A DNA stretch of 64,000 bases from an uncultured archaeon (GTDB lineage: Archaea; Micrarchaeota; Micrarchaeia; Anstonellales; Anstonellaceae), in the NCBI GenBank assembly GCA_902384555.1, contig CABMCD010000004.1:11909-75908 (forward strand), read 5' to 3'. Within the stretch, counting starts at the first letter, position 1. Every line of letters starts with the position of its first letter. The notes beneath the pieces are model-generated. The model did not search any database and was not told the DNA's origin. It saw only the letters and a program-made list of their open reading frames with translations. Positions 26,107 through 36,072 of this stretch are shown here, in pieces. The position numbers and the translations under genes are program-made.

Positions 26107-27879
26107 CTATTCCACCGTCACGCTCTTGGCCAAATTCCTAGGCTGGTCGGGGTCGCGGCCCAATTCAATGGTCATGTAATAGGCCAGCAATTGCAGCGGC
26201 AGGATGTAGAAGAGGGGCACGAAATCCTCTGAAACTTTCGGCATGGCCAAGCTGTGCTCGCCCTCCGAGAGGATGGTCTTGTCGTCCGAGAGCACGATGA
26301 TGGAAGCCCCGCGCGCGTGGCATTCGCGCATGTTGCTCTCCATTTTGGGCGCCAAAGCCCCCGACGGCGCAATCGCAATCACCGGCACCTTGTCTTCCAG
26401 CATGGAGATGGGCCCGTGCTTCAATTCACCGGCCGCATAGGCTTCGGCATGCAAATAAGTGATTTCCTTGAGCTTGAGCGCGGCCTCGAGCGCGCAGGGC
26501 CAGCCGATGCCGCGCGAAATAAAGAAGAAATTCTTGCGCTTGCTCATCAGTTTGGCCAAATGGTGCACCGGCTCGTGCACCTCATCCAGCATCTGCTGCA
26601 CCTGCGAGGGCATGGCGGCCAGCTCCTCCAAGCCCTTCTTGTTGCTGGAAAGCGAATAGGCCAGCTTGTAAATCACGGCCAGCTGCCCGGTGAAGGTCTT
26701 GGTGGCCACCACCCCGACTTCGGGCCCCACGCTGATGTAGAGGGTGGCGTCCGCTTCGCGCGAGAGCGTCGAGCCGACCACGTTGGTGATGGCCAGCACT
26801 TTGGCCCCCTCCTTTTTGGCGAGGCGAACGGCCGAAAGCGTATCCGCCGTCTCGCCGGATTGTGAAATGGCCACCACCACATCCTCCGCGCCGGTGTGCC
26901 AGGAGGCGTATTCCGAGCCCAAGTAGGCGGAGGCGGTGCGCTTTTGCCTGTGCAGCAGATACTGCAAAACCAGGCCGGCATAATAGGAGGTGCCGCAGGC
27001 CACCACGGCCGGGCGCTTGGCCCCGGCCAGCAGCTTCACCCCGTCCGCCACGTCGGCGGAAACAGCGGCCGCCAGCGTGAGGGGCTGCTCCAGAATCTCT
27101 TTTAGCATGAAATAGTCGTGGCCCATCTTTTGCGCCATCTGCGGCGTCCAGTCCACGTGCAGGGGCGAGCGCACGGCCGGGGAGCCATCCGCGCTCCAGA
27201 TTTGCATGCCCTTGGCATCCAGCGCGGCCAAGTCGCCCTCGTTGAGCAGCACGAAGTCGCGCGTGTAGCCCAAGAGCGCGGCCATGTCGGAGGCAAAGAA
27301 CATCTCCTCCTTCTTGCCCTTGCCGATGATGAGCGGGGCGTGGCGGCGCGCCAGAAAGAGGCGGGGCTCGCCCGACACCAGGATGCCCAGCGCATAGGCG
27401 CCCTCGAGGCGGGAAATGGACGAGCGGACGGCGGAAAGAATGGAATCTGAAGAGGATTTTTTGCCCTTTAACTCCTCTTCAATCAAATGGGCCACGATTT
27501 CGGTGTCGGTATCGGAAGTGAATTTGTGGCCCTTTTTCTCCAATTCGGCCTTCAGCGCGCGGGAGTTCTCGATGATGCCGTTGTGCACCACCGCCACTTT
27601 CTTGGAGCAGTCGTAGTGGGGGTGCGCGTTGCGCTCGCAGGGCGGGCCGTGGGTGGACCAGCGCGTGTGCCCCAGGCCGATGCCGCCCTCGAGTGAGAGG
27701 AAATTGTGCTTGGCGTGGATGTCGCGCAGCTTGCCCACGTCCTTGATGATGCGCATGCCCCGGCCGTCCGAGACGGCCATGCCGGCCGAGTCGTAGCCGC
27801 GGTACTCGACTTGGGAGAGGCCGTGCAAAATGACTTCCGCCGCCTGGCGGTGCCCGATGTAGCCGACAATGCCGCACAT
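26107..27879 (-). CDS. glmS: glutamine--fructose-6-phosphate aminotransferase (isomerizing)
   Basis: MCGIVG, EYRGYDSAG, GHTRWSTHG, SQSGETADT, ELKHGP, PRNLAKSVTVE. Confidence 0.97.
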   Translation of the reverse strand: MCGIVGYIGHRQAAEVILHGLSQVEYRGYDSAGMAVSDGRGMRIIKDVGKLRDIHAKHNFLSLEGGIGLGHTRWSTHGPPCERNAHPHYDCSKKVAVVHNGIIENSRALKAELEKKGHKFTSDTDTEIVAHLIEEELKGKKSSSDSILSAVRSSISRLEGAYALGILVSGEPRLFLARRHAPLIIGKGKKEEMFFASDMAALLGYTRDFVLLNEGDLAALDAKGMQIWSADGSPAVRSPLHVDWTPQMAQKMGHDYFMLKEILEQPLTLAAAVSADVADGVKLLAGAKRPAVVACGTSYYAGLVLQYLLHRQKRTASAYLGSEYASWHTGAEDVVVAISQSGETADTLSAVRLAKKEGAKVLAITNVVGSTLSREADATLYISVGPEVGVVATKTFTGQLAVIYKLAYSLSSNKKGLEELAAMPSQVQQMLDEVHEPVHHLAKLMSKRKNFFFISRGIGWPCALEAALKLKEITYLHAEAYAAGELKHGPISMLEDKVPVIAIAPSGALAPKMESNMRECHARGASIIVLSDDKTILSEGEHSLAMPKVSEDFVPLFYILPLQLLAYYMTIELGRDPDQPRNLAKSVTVE

Positions 27880-27962
27880 GGACAGAAGTAGGGTTGGAAA
27901 AGATTATAAATGGGTTGAAAGGACAAAAAAGTTATTTAAAATACTTCCGCTCGGCGCTTTTT

Positions 27963-28157
27963 TCATCCGACGATATCCCCTTCGGCAAAGGTGCGGCCCA
28001 CGTGGCGGATTTTCACCTGATAGGTCTTCCCCGGCTCACCGCCGCGCACGTAAATCACGTAATCTTCCCAGTGCGCCAGGCCCGCGCCGGCCGGGCCGGG
28101 GGTGTCGACCTTGACTTTCACCACTTCGCCAGCATCAACAGGGGGACGGGAGGACAT
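27963..28157 (-). CDS. single TRAM-domain protein
   Basis: PPVDAGE..GAGLA..YVIYV.G..G...VKI..V...FAEG; TATA ~24 nt upstream. Confidence 0.8.
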   Translation of the reverse strand: MSSRPPVDAGEVVKVKVDTPGPAGAGLAHWEDYVIYVRGGEPGKTYQVKIRHVGRTFAEGDIVG

Positions 28158-28225
28158 GGCTTTGGCTGGGAGGAGGAAAATAATAAAGCCGGCGGACGGG
28201 GGGAAAGACGTGTTCTCTGCTTTCC

Positions 28226-30001
28226 TTACATCGGGCCCTTGCTGCGGAACAAGTTCTCGCGCGGCTTCTCGGCCTTTTCGCCACCCTTGCCGGACGGCGG
28301 AACCGAGCCGATGGGCACGCTGGCCCAGTCCGTCACGTCCACGGTGCGCACCTTCATGGGCAGCACGTATTTCTCCCCATCGAAGAGGCGGATGATGCAC
28401 TCGCGCGTGTGCAATTTGACGAACATCTCGCGCTTGCTCTCTTCCAGCTCGGATGGAGAGACGTGTTTTTTGAAGAATTCCTCGACCTTGATTTCCATCA
28501 TGGAAGCCAGCAGGCGCGCATCCTCTTTGGTCACCTTGAAGGAAATCACGTTGCGGGCGTTGGAAATCAGCGAGTCCAGCACCGGCTTGGAGAGCTGGCC
28601 CAAATACTGGGCCGAGGCATACATGCACAAATTGAATTTCCTCGTCTCAGCCATGATGTCCTTGGTGACCTTGCTCTCCACCGTCGGGAACTCGTCCACG
28701 ATGAGCACGGTGGGGTAGGTGAATTTCTCCGAGATGGCCATGATGTACATCTGGTTGATGATGGAGCCGGCGAAGAACTTGATGATGTTGCGCGAGAAGA
28801 AATGCGGGTTGAACGACACCACGGTGACGGGGTTGTTGGCGATGGTGGTGCCCAAGTCCTCCTGGTGGCGCTTCTCGCCCAGATAGAGCAAATACTCGCC
28901 GATGAAGTTGGTGACGGGGAGGATGGCGTCGTTGAAGTGGTGCATGTAGATGTCCTGGAACTCCTTGTCGAAGAAGCGCTTCACTTCGTCGTTCTGGCAC
29001 TGGGCCGTGAATTCCATGCGCTTGCTCGAATCGGTGAGCAGCAGCGAGATGTTTTCCATCGTCAGCTGCTCAATCGAGGCCAGCAGGTGCACCGAATAGA
29101 ACACCACCCGCTCGGCATACTTGCTCTCCTGACCGATGGTGGAGGTGATGAGCTGCGCAATCAGCTGCGCAATCAGCGGGCTCTTGCTCTTGCCCACATC
29201 GAAGGGCTCCACGTAGTTTTGCACGAAGTCAATCACTTTGGCCTGCTTCATGCTTTTGGAAAACTCGCCGTGCGGGTCCACCAGCACGATGTGCGAGTTC
29301 GGATGCTTGGCCCGAATCGCGGCCACGAAGATTTGGATGAACTTGGACTTGCCCGAGCCAGAGGTGCCGACAATGAGGCCGTGCTGGAAGACGTTGAAGT
29401 TGTCCACCCCGATGTTCACGCCATCGGCTGTGAAGATGGGCTGTTTGGAGCTGAAGTAGATGGACTTGGGCACCGGGTCCAATAGCTCGATGTAGAAGAG
29501 CGGGTTGTTCTCCAAATCGATTTCGAGGAATTTGGTGGGGTTGGAGAGGAAGAGCCAGCCGCCCATGCCCTTGTTGTCCACGTATTTGCCGAACCCGTAG
29601 AAGCCGCCCAAAAAGCGGATGACGCGCAGGTGGATTTCGTCCACATTCTCCTTGAGCAGAAAGTCGAAAAGCTGGTGTCCCGAGACGAATTTGAGGCGGG
29701 GGCGCACGCGCACGTTGGGAATCATTTCCACCTCTTTGGGCGGGTTGAGGCGGAAGGGGAAGAGCAGGGCCGACTGCGAATAGAGGTCGCCGGGGTCCTG
29801 CACAAACATCTTGATGGTGTTGGAATAGCGCTTCACCACCAGGTTGATGCCGCCGAACGAGAAGAGGTGGGAGAAGTCGAGGAATTCGAAGAGCGGGATG
29901 TGGCGCCGGATAAGCTGGTCGAAGATGCGCGCATAGTCGGACGCCGTGATTTTGGGCGCATAGATGGAGAGTTCGGAATACTTCTTGGGTTTGCGGGCCA
30001 T
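28226..30001 (-). CDS. HerA/VirD4(TraG)-like P-loop ATPase (DUF87 type)
   Basis: Walker A GTSGSGKS, VDPHGE, Walker B LIVDEF, ETRKFN, AQYLGQL; uncharacterised N-terminal domain, no TM helix. Confidence 0.85.
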   Translation of the reverse strand: MARKPKKYSELSIYAPKITASDYARIFDQLIRRHIPLFEFLDFSHLFSFGGINLVVKRYSNTIKMFVQDPGDLYSQSALLFPFRLNPPKEVEMIPNVRVRPRLKFVSGHQLFDFLLKENVDEIHLRVIRFLGGFYGFGKYVDNKGMGGWLFLSNPTKFLEIDLENNPLFYIELLDPVPKSIYFSSKQPIFTADGVNIGVDNFNVFQHGLIVGTSGSGKSKFIQIFVAAIRAKHPNSHIVLVDPHGEFSKSMKQAKVIDFVQNYVEPFDVGKSKSPLIAQLIAQLITSTIGQESKYAERVVFYSVHLLASIEQLTMENISLLLTDSSKRMEFTAQCQNDEVKRFFDKEFQDIYMHHFNDAILPVTNFIGEYLLYLGEKRHQEDLGTTIANNPVTVVSFNPHFFSRNIIKFFAGSIINQMYIMAISEKFTYPTVLIVDEFPTVESKVTKDIMAETRKFNLCMYASAQYLGQLSKPVLDSLISNARNVISFKVTKEDARLLASMMEIKVEEFFKKHVSPSELEESKREMFVKLHTRECIIRLFDGEKYVLPMKVRTVDVTDWASVPIGSVPPSGKGGEKAEKPRENLFRSKGPM

Positions 30002-30152
30002 ATTTGCACCAATGCAAGGTCAGGGAGTGGAACGGGGCAGAATTTTAACCCCCCGCCTGATTTTAACCATTTTTTATAATATTTTATCACATTTTTGGTA
30101 TTTAAAGGTTCTGCCGGGATTTTGCCCGGTTTCGACAATCGGCGGGAGAAGC

Positions 30153-31766
30153 CTAGGAACGGCCCCGGGCGCCCAGAGAGTAGATGGAAAAGGGCAGGGT
30201 TTTGTCTTTCCCGAGGCGGCCGGCCAAATCGGCCAGAAGCAGTTTTTTGAGCCGCAAAAAGTCCTCCCGCGGCAGCTCGACGTTGCCGATGGCGAAGCGT
30301 TTGCCCTTGACGTTGAAGCAAAAGAGGCACTCTTGGCAGTTTTCGACATGGTGGCAGAAGTAGCAGTCGGAAGAGTCCAGCGAATCGCTCACTTCAAGGC
30401 AGCGCATCAGCCTCAAGGAACGATAGGCGTGGATGCAGCTCTGGGAATAGAAGGTGTGGTCGCAGCCAAACATGCGCTCGGCATTGTGAGAGACCCAGCA
30501 GCCATAAGCGCAGTCCTTGGAATCATACAGGGTGGAGGAGGCAAAGCAGCGCACGGCGTCCGAATAGCTCACCGTGTGGATTGCTTGGGCATTTTGTCCC
30601 AATGCCACCTCGCAGGTGAAGAGGGCAATGGAGGAGAGAAGGGAGCGGGCGTTGGACAAGGACAGGGAGGCCGCGTCGGCCTCGCTGAGCTTCCGCCTGC
30701 CCGCCTCGGCAGCCTCTTCGAGCGCGACATGGGTGTTTCGCACCGGCTCGTTGAAGAGAATGGGCAGCACCCACAGCGGCCGGCCGCTCATGGCCGATTT
30801 GGTTTTGGGCGCGGCGCGCACGTGGCGCATGAGCCACTTCTCGTAATCAGACATGGGGCCCGGGAGCGGGCGGCCCAAGAGCACTTGGCAGGTGGAGGCA
30901 AAAGAGGAGTCGAGAGAGGCAGGGTAGTCGGCCGGGCGGCCGAAATAGGGGGGAGCGGAAATTCCTTCATCCACATTCCAGCTCTTGGGTCTTTTTTCCT
31001 CTTTTCCCGCCCGTGGAGGCCCGCCCAGCAGTTCGGCAATTGAAATAATGTCCTTTTTGCGCTTCAATTCGTCCGCCATTTCGGCCAGCAAATTGGCCTT
31101 GAGCTTGAAGTATTCGTCTTTGGGCAATTCGAGGTTTCCAATCAGATGCCGCTTGCCGGTCTGGTTGAAGGAAAAGAGGCACTCCTGGCAATAGCGCACA
31201 TTGGCCGAGAAATAGACGTCCGAGCAGTACTGGGTATTGGTGGTTTCGAGCATCCGCTGGCTCTTCCAGCCCTGAAAATTCTTGATGACATAATCAATTT
31301 CACCCGTGCAGTCCGAGCCGAACACATAGTTGGACTGGCGCAGCATGGCGCAGTGGGCCACATACTGGCAGTCGGACACGTCCTGTGAGTCTTGCACATA
31401 CTGGACAATGGAGCAGCGATTGGAGCGCTCCACGGCATGGAATTTGCCCAACACCACGTCGCCGGAATAGATGAAGCGTTCCTGCAGAGTGGAGAGCAAG
31501 GAATCCAAATCCTTGATGGAATTGATGTCAAACGCCGCACTGTGCCGCTTCTGGTATTCGGCCTGCTCGGAATTGGAAATATAGCGCACGTCATAGCCGA
31601 AATCGTCGTCTGCGGTGGTGACGGGCCGGTTGGAGAGGCTGGAGCGCCGGCGGGTCTGAACCGGGCCCACATACTTTTTGAGATAAGGCCCGAAATCCGA
31701 AAGCGGGCCGACCTCTTCGTGCAGCAGCACGCGGCAGGTGGAGGCCCAGGCTTCGTTGAGGTCCAT
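30153..31766 (-). CDS. Cys-rich two-module repeat protein, paralog 1 (divergent from Lrp)
   Basis: AWASTCRVLL, IKDLDSL, SDCYFCHHVENCQECLFCFNVKGKRFAIGN. Confidence 0.88.
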   Translation of the reverse strand: MDLNEAWASTCRVLLHEEVGPLSDFGPYLKKYVGPVQTRRRSSLSNRPVTTADDDFGYDVRYISNSEQAEYQKRHSAAFDINSIKDLDSLLSTLQERFIYSGDVVLGKFHAVERSNRCSIVQYVQDSQDVSDCQYVAHCAMLRQSNYVFGSDCTGEIDYVIKNFQGWKSQRMLETTNTQYCSDVYFSANVRYCQECLFSFNQTGKRHLIGNLELPKDEYFKLKANLLAEMADELKRKKDIISIAELLGGPPRAGKEEKRPKSWNVDEGISAPPYFGRPADYPASLDSSFASTCQVLLGRPLPGPMSDYEKWLMRHVRAAPKTKSAMSGRPLWVLPILFNEPVRNTHVALEEAAEAGRRKLSEADAASLSLSNARSLLSSIALFTCEVALGQNAQAIHTVSYSDAVRCFASSTLYDSKDCAYGCWVSHNAERMFGCDHTFYSQSCIHAYRSLRLMRCLEVSDSLDSSDCYFCHHVENCQECLFCFNVKGKRFAIGNVELPREDFLRLKKLLLADLAGRLGKDKTLPFSIYSLGARGRS

Positions 31767-31881
31767 GGAAGAAAATGGGCCGGTTTTATGATTTAAAATT
31801 TGTTTTCAAAATGTTTTAAAATAATTGATAATTTGACTTAAATTTAGATAAAATTAAAAATAAACAGGAAAAAAGAAGAGT
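31767..31881. promoter_or_regulatory. AT-rich divergent promoter/operator region between paralog 1 and the Lrp regulator
   Basis: About 80 nt that are almost pure A/T in a GC-rich genome; several TATA-like boxes; imperfect palindrome AATTTGA-C-TTAAATT. Confidence 0.7.
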
Positions 31882-32883
31882 ATGCAGCCCGCCGGCCCGA
31901 CAGGGCTTGACAAACTGGACCGCTCCATCCTCCACCTGCTCGACCAGGACTCGCGCGCGCCCTATTCCAAGCTTGCGCGCCGCCTGCACACCAGCCCGCA
32001 GGTGGTGAAATACCGAGTCGAGAAGCTCTACGAGCGCCAGCTGCTGCTCGCCTGCTGGCCCATGGTGGAATACCGCGGGCTTGGCTATTTCTTCGGCCTG
32101 CATTTCATCAAGCTGCAAAATCTCACGCCAAAAGAGGAGGAAAAATTCTATGCCTACCTCCACGCGCATCCCTATATCCCCATCGTCATGCGCGCACAGG
32201 GATATGCCGACCTCATTCTGGCCATTGACGGCCGCGGCATCCACCATTTGAGCGAAATCGTGCGCGAGCTGCAGAACCGCTTTTCCACCCATTTCCTGGA
32301 CTGGGACACCGTCATTCCCATCGGCTTTTCGCGCTTCAACCGAAACTATTTGGTGGGAGAAAAAGACCCGACGCCAGACGTGGCCTTCACCGGAGCCCAA
32401 GTTTCGCTTGAAACCGATGAAACCGACCGCAAGCTCCTCTGCATGCTCAATCACGACGCCCGCACGCCGCTGAGCCATATCGCGAAAAAGGCCGGCGTGT
32501 CGGCCGCCACGGCTGCCCAGCGCATCAAGCGGCTGGAAAAGGGCGGGGTGATTCAGTGCTACACCATCCTGCCCGACCACGTGAAGCTGGGCTGGCCCCG
32601 CCACCGCGTGCTCATCAAGTTCAAGAACCTCACTGAAGAGCAGGAGCGCCGCTTCTTTTCCTACTGCAATTTGCACCCCCACATCGTGCACCACATCAAG
32701 TGTTTGGGCAACTGGGACTGCGCCATTGACATCGAAATCGAAACCGGGGAGCGCCTGCGCGAGGTGCTGATGGACATCAAATCGAAATTCTCTGAAGTGG
32801 TGCAGCGCATCGAGCCCAGCTACATCTACAAAATAGACCGGTTCCGCGACATTCCGGACGAGTTTCCCCAGCTTAACAAGTGA
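31882..32883 (+). CDS. Lrp/AsnC-family regulator with two tandem HTH-RAM units
   Basis: LDKLDRSILHLLDQDSRAPYSKLAR and DETDRKLLCMLNHDARTPLSHIAKK HTHs, each followed by a RAM-like domain (GYADL; GNWD). Confidence 0.92.
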   Translation: MQPAGPTGLDKLDRSILHLLDQDSRAPYSKLARRLHTSPQVVKYRVEKLYERQLLLACWPMVEYRGLGYFFGLHFIKLQNLTPKEEEKFYAYLHAHPYIPIVMRAQGYADLILAIDGRGIHHLSEIVRELQNRFSTHFLDWDTVIPIGFSRFNRNYLVGEKDPTPDVAFTGAQVSLETDETDRKLLCMLNHDARTPLSHIAKKAGVSAATAAQRIKRLEKGGVIQCYTILPDHVKLGWPRHRVLIKFKNLTEEQERRFFSYCNLHPHIVHHIKCLGNWDCAIDIEIETGERLREVLMDIKSKFSEVVQRIEPSYIYKIDRFRDIPDEFPQLNK

Positions 32884-34489
32884 GTGGGCTTATTTTTTTG
32901 CCGCCAAGGCTGTAGATGGACCAGGGCAGGACTTTGTCTTTCTCGAGGCGCGAAGCCAGCTCGGCCAGCACCATCTTCTTCACGCGCAGATATTGCTCGC
33001 GCGGGTATTCGACGTTTCCTATCGCATATCGTTTTGCCTTGATGTTGAAGCAGAACATGCACTCTTGGCAGTTCTCGATGTTGTGGCAGAAGAAACAGTC
33101 CGAGCAGTTGTTGCAGTTGTCCAGCTCGAAGCAGCGGCTCACTTTGGTGGAGAAATGGCAGTTGATTCCAAACGAGCTTTCCCGCGCCTCCCGGCAGCCG
33201 AAGAGAAATTCGCACGAGCGGGGCATCAGGCAGTAGGCGCACGATTTGGACAGCATGAACAGCACGCCATGATAGCAGTCGCTGGAGTCGATGGCCAGCG
33301 GAGCCTCGATATCGTTGGACAGCTTGCCGGTGCGCCAAGTGTGGCAGAAATAGGCCAGAGGGCCGATGAGGGCGGGAGCCGTGCGCAGGGACAAGCCTTT
33401 CACTTCCTCTTCACCCAGCGCGGCATGCTCGCCAAAGAAATCGGCCTGTGGTTGGGTGAGCAGGCGCTCGGGCGGGAAGGACATGAAATTGGAATAATCC
33501 ACCCGCCACAACTCTTCGCCGCTGGCGCAGGATTTGGCCTTCTCCATATGGACGGCCGAATTGGACCCCAGCAGCTTGGCATAGGCACCCACCGGACCCA
33601 TGCGCTTGCCGAGCAGCACTTGGCTGGTCTGGCCAAAAGCCTCCTCAATTTTGCTCTGGTCTTCGGCTTCGGCCTTCCATTTGCCCCACTCCGGCAGGGC
33701 CATCACGGCCTTGAGCTTGGAGTGGTCGGGTTTGCGGTTGGCCGTCATTTCCACCAGCGAGGGCAGCCTCTTCTTTTCAGACAATTCCGTGCGCATTTCC
33801 TCCAGCAGCTTGGCCTTGATTTGCAGGTATTGGTCTTTGGGCAGGGCGAGGTTGCCGATGCGCCTGCGCTGGTTCTTGAGATGGAAGGAAAAGAGGCATT
33901 CCTGACAGCCGGTAAGGCCGTGCGAATAATAGCAGTCGGAGGAAAATTCGGATTTGGAGAGCATGAGCGAGCGCATGCAGTCCCACGTGGCCGAGGTGCG
34001 GATGCAGTAGTGCACCGGCCCCATGCCGTGGCAGCCGAAGAGGTAGTCGCTGTATCCGCCCCGGGAGCAATAGGCGGCAAATTTGGAGAACGCCACCCGC
34101 TCGCAGTGATGCGTGTGAAAGCAGTCGGTGATGACGGTGCTGTCCTGCACGAACTTGGAGTTGCCCAGCACGATGTTGCCGCAATAGATGGCGCGCTCCG
34201 ACACCGCCTCGGCCAGCGAGTCGATGTCTTTTATTTCGTTGATGGAGAGGGGGCCGTATTGGGCGTTCAAGTCCAGCTCGTCATAGCTGGCCATCCGGAC
34301 TGCCTTTGGGTAATTGGAATAAACCGAAACCACGTCCTTGCCCGAGAGGCAGGAGGGGCGCACCATGCGCGGGCCGTGGTCTTCCAAAAGCCAGTTCTCG
34401 AATTCGTAAAGCCCGCCGACTTCGCCGCCCAGCACGGTGCGGCAGGTGCTGCGCCAGGCCTCTTCCAGTTCGGCGGACGGCTTGCTCAT
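32873..34489 (-). CDS. Cys-rich two-module repeat protein, paralog 2
   Basis: AWRSTCRTVLG, IKDIDSL, SDCFFCHNIENCQECMFCFNIKAKRYAIGN; ATGA overlap with the upstream gene. Confidence 0.9.
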   Translation of the reverse strand: MSKPSAELEEAWRSTCRTVLGGEVGGLYEFENWLLEDHGPRMVRPSCLSGKDVVSVYSNYPKAVRMASYDELDLNAQYGPLSINEIKDIDSLAEAVSERAIYCGNIVLGNSKFVQDSTVITDCFHTHHCERVAFSKFAAYCSRGGYSDYLFGCHGMGPVHYCIRTSATWDCMRSLMLSKSEFSSDCYYSHGLTGCQECLFSFHLKNQRRRIGNLALPKDQYLQIKAKLLEEMRTELSEKKRLPSLVEMTANRKPDHSKLKAVMALPEWGKWKAEAEDQSKIEEAFGQTSQVLLGKRMGPVGAYAKLLGSNSAVHMEKAKSCASGEELWRVDYSNFMSFPPERLLTQPQADFFGEHAALGEEEVKGLSLRTAPALIGPLAYFCHTWRTGKLSNDIEAPLAIDSSDCYHGVLFMLSKSCAYCLMPRSCEFLFGCREARESSFGINCHFSTKVSRCFELDNCNNCSDCFFCHNIENCQECMFCFNIKAKRYAIGNVEYPREQYLRVKKMVLAELASRLEKDKVLPWSIYSLGGKKISPLTC

Positions 34490-36072
34490 GGCTTGCACCC
34501 CAGATTGAAGATGGAGAGCGGGAGGGTTTTATCCTTTTCCAGACGGGCCGCCAGCTCGGCCAGCACCGTCTTCTTGATGCGCAAATAGTCTTCCTTCTTC
34601 ATTTCCACATTTCCGATGGCATACCGCTTGCCTTTCACGTTGAAGCAGAAGAGGCACTCCTCGCAATTCTCGACATTGTGGCAGAAATAGCAGTCGGTCG
34701 AGCTGTTGCAGGAATGGCATTCCAGACAGCGGGACAAATGGGCCGACAGGCAGCAGTTGGCGCAGAATTTCGAGTCGCGGATGGCATGGCAGCCGAAGCA
34801 GGACTCGGACTCCAGATAGTAGTAGCCATAGGCGCAGTTCTTGGAGGTGACGTGGACCACGCTTTGCAGCATGTTGGAGCAGTCCACGCCGATGAAGTCC
34901 AGATGGTTGTTGAAGTTCTTGCCCACGAAATAGTCGGAGCAGAAAAAGGCCGCATCGGAGACGGCCTTGAACATGCTCTCAAAGGAGGGCGTTGCGCTGG
35001 GCTCGGTCATGCGCGTTTCGCGGCCCAAAAAGAGGGCGTCCGCTTCCCCAACGAGGCGGTCGTGGGGGTAGAAGGAGAAGGCGGCATAATCCGGCAAGCC
35101 GATGCTCGCGCCGGGACGCAGGGAGGGATAGTGATAGATGGCGCGCGCCGTCTGGGAGAGCCAGGGGCCATAGGGCGCAATGGGGGAGAGCGGGCGGCCC
35201 AGCAAGATAGACATGGTTTTGGAAAATGACTCTTCCACGGGCTTGGGGTTCCAGGGCTTCGCAGCGGCGGGCGGGGCGCGCGAGAGCAGGGCTTGGGTTT
35301 TGGCACGGTCAAAGGAGAGCGAGGCGATGCGCTCCTCCAAGCGAGGCAAGGTGCGCTTGTCCTGAAGCTCGTGCGCCATTTGCTCCATCAGCGCCTTCTT
35401 GAGGGCCACATACTTGTCTTTGGGCAGCTGCAAATTTCCAATGCAATAGCGCGAGCTGCGCAGGCCGAAAGAAAACAGGCAGTCGTTGCACTCGTGGATG
35501 TTGTGGCAGTAGGCGCAGTCATTCACATAGCTGGAATGCGACACTTCGAGGCAGCGCACGTTCTTGTCGTTGTTGCTGATGCCGATGCAGTAAGAGCAAT
35601 GGCCGTGATTTTGAGAGCCGAAAATGCAGTCCCCGTATTCGAGGCAGTAGGAATAGGCGATGTATTTGGAGAACGAGATTTGGGTGGATTCGAGCACATA
35701 ATGCGAGTCAATGACGTCCGAGCTTGATTGCACATGGGCCGACTTGCCCAGCACGATGTCGCCGGTGTAGATGAAGCGCTCGCCGAGGGCGGAGAGGATG
35801 GAGTCGATGTCTTTGAGCTGGTCAAGCGGGAGAGGCGCATAGGTTTTTTTCCAGTCCACTTCGCCCAAAGACTGGAAAGAGCCGCACTCGTGCGCGCCGG
35901 TGGATACCAGAGCGACCTCTTTTCCTGAAAGGCAGGACTTTTGCTTGGCGGGCGGGCGCGAGCGGCTCTCCAAATAATTGGAATAGTGGGAGAGCTCCCC
36001 GAGCTCTTGGCCAAAAATGACTTTGCAGGTGCTGGCCCAGCGGGAGTTGAGGGTGTCGTAGGGCTCGCTCAT
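34486..36072 (-). CDS. Cys-rich two-module repeat protein, paralog 3
   Basis: True start MSEPYDTL at 36072 (ATGA overlap); RWASTCKVIFG, LKDIDSI, TDCYFCHNVENCEECLFCFNVKGKRYAIGN. Confidence 0.9.
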   Translation of the reverse strand: MSEPYDTLNSRWASTCKVIFGQELGELSHYSNYLESRSRPPAKQKSCLSGKEVALVSTGAHECGSFQSLGEVDWKKTYAPLPLDQLKDIDSILSALGERFIYTGDIVLGKSAHVQSSSDVIDSHYVLESTQISFSKYIAYSYCLEYGDCIFGSQNHGHCSYCIGISNNDKNVRCLEVSHSSYVNDCAYCHNIHECNDCLFSFGLRSSRYCIGNLQLPKDKYVALKKALMEQMAHELQDKRTLPRLEERIASLSFDRAKTQALLSRAPPAAAKPWNPKPVEESFSKTMSILLGRPLSPIAPYGPWLSQTARAIYHYPSLRPGASIGLPDYAAFSFYPHDRLVGEADALFLGRETRMTEPSATPSFESMFKAVSDAAFFCSDYFVGKNFNNHLDFIGVDCSNMLQSVVHVTSKNCAYGYYYLESESCFGCHAIRDSKFCANCCLSAHLSRCLECHSCNSSTDCYFCHNVENCEECLFCFNVKGKRYAIGNVEMKKEDYLRIKKTVLAELAARLEKDKTLPLSIFNLGCKP

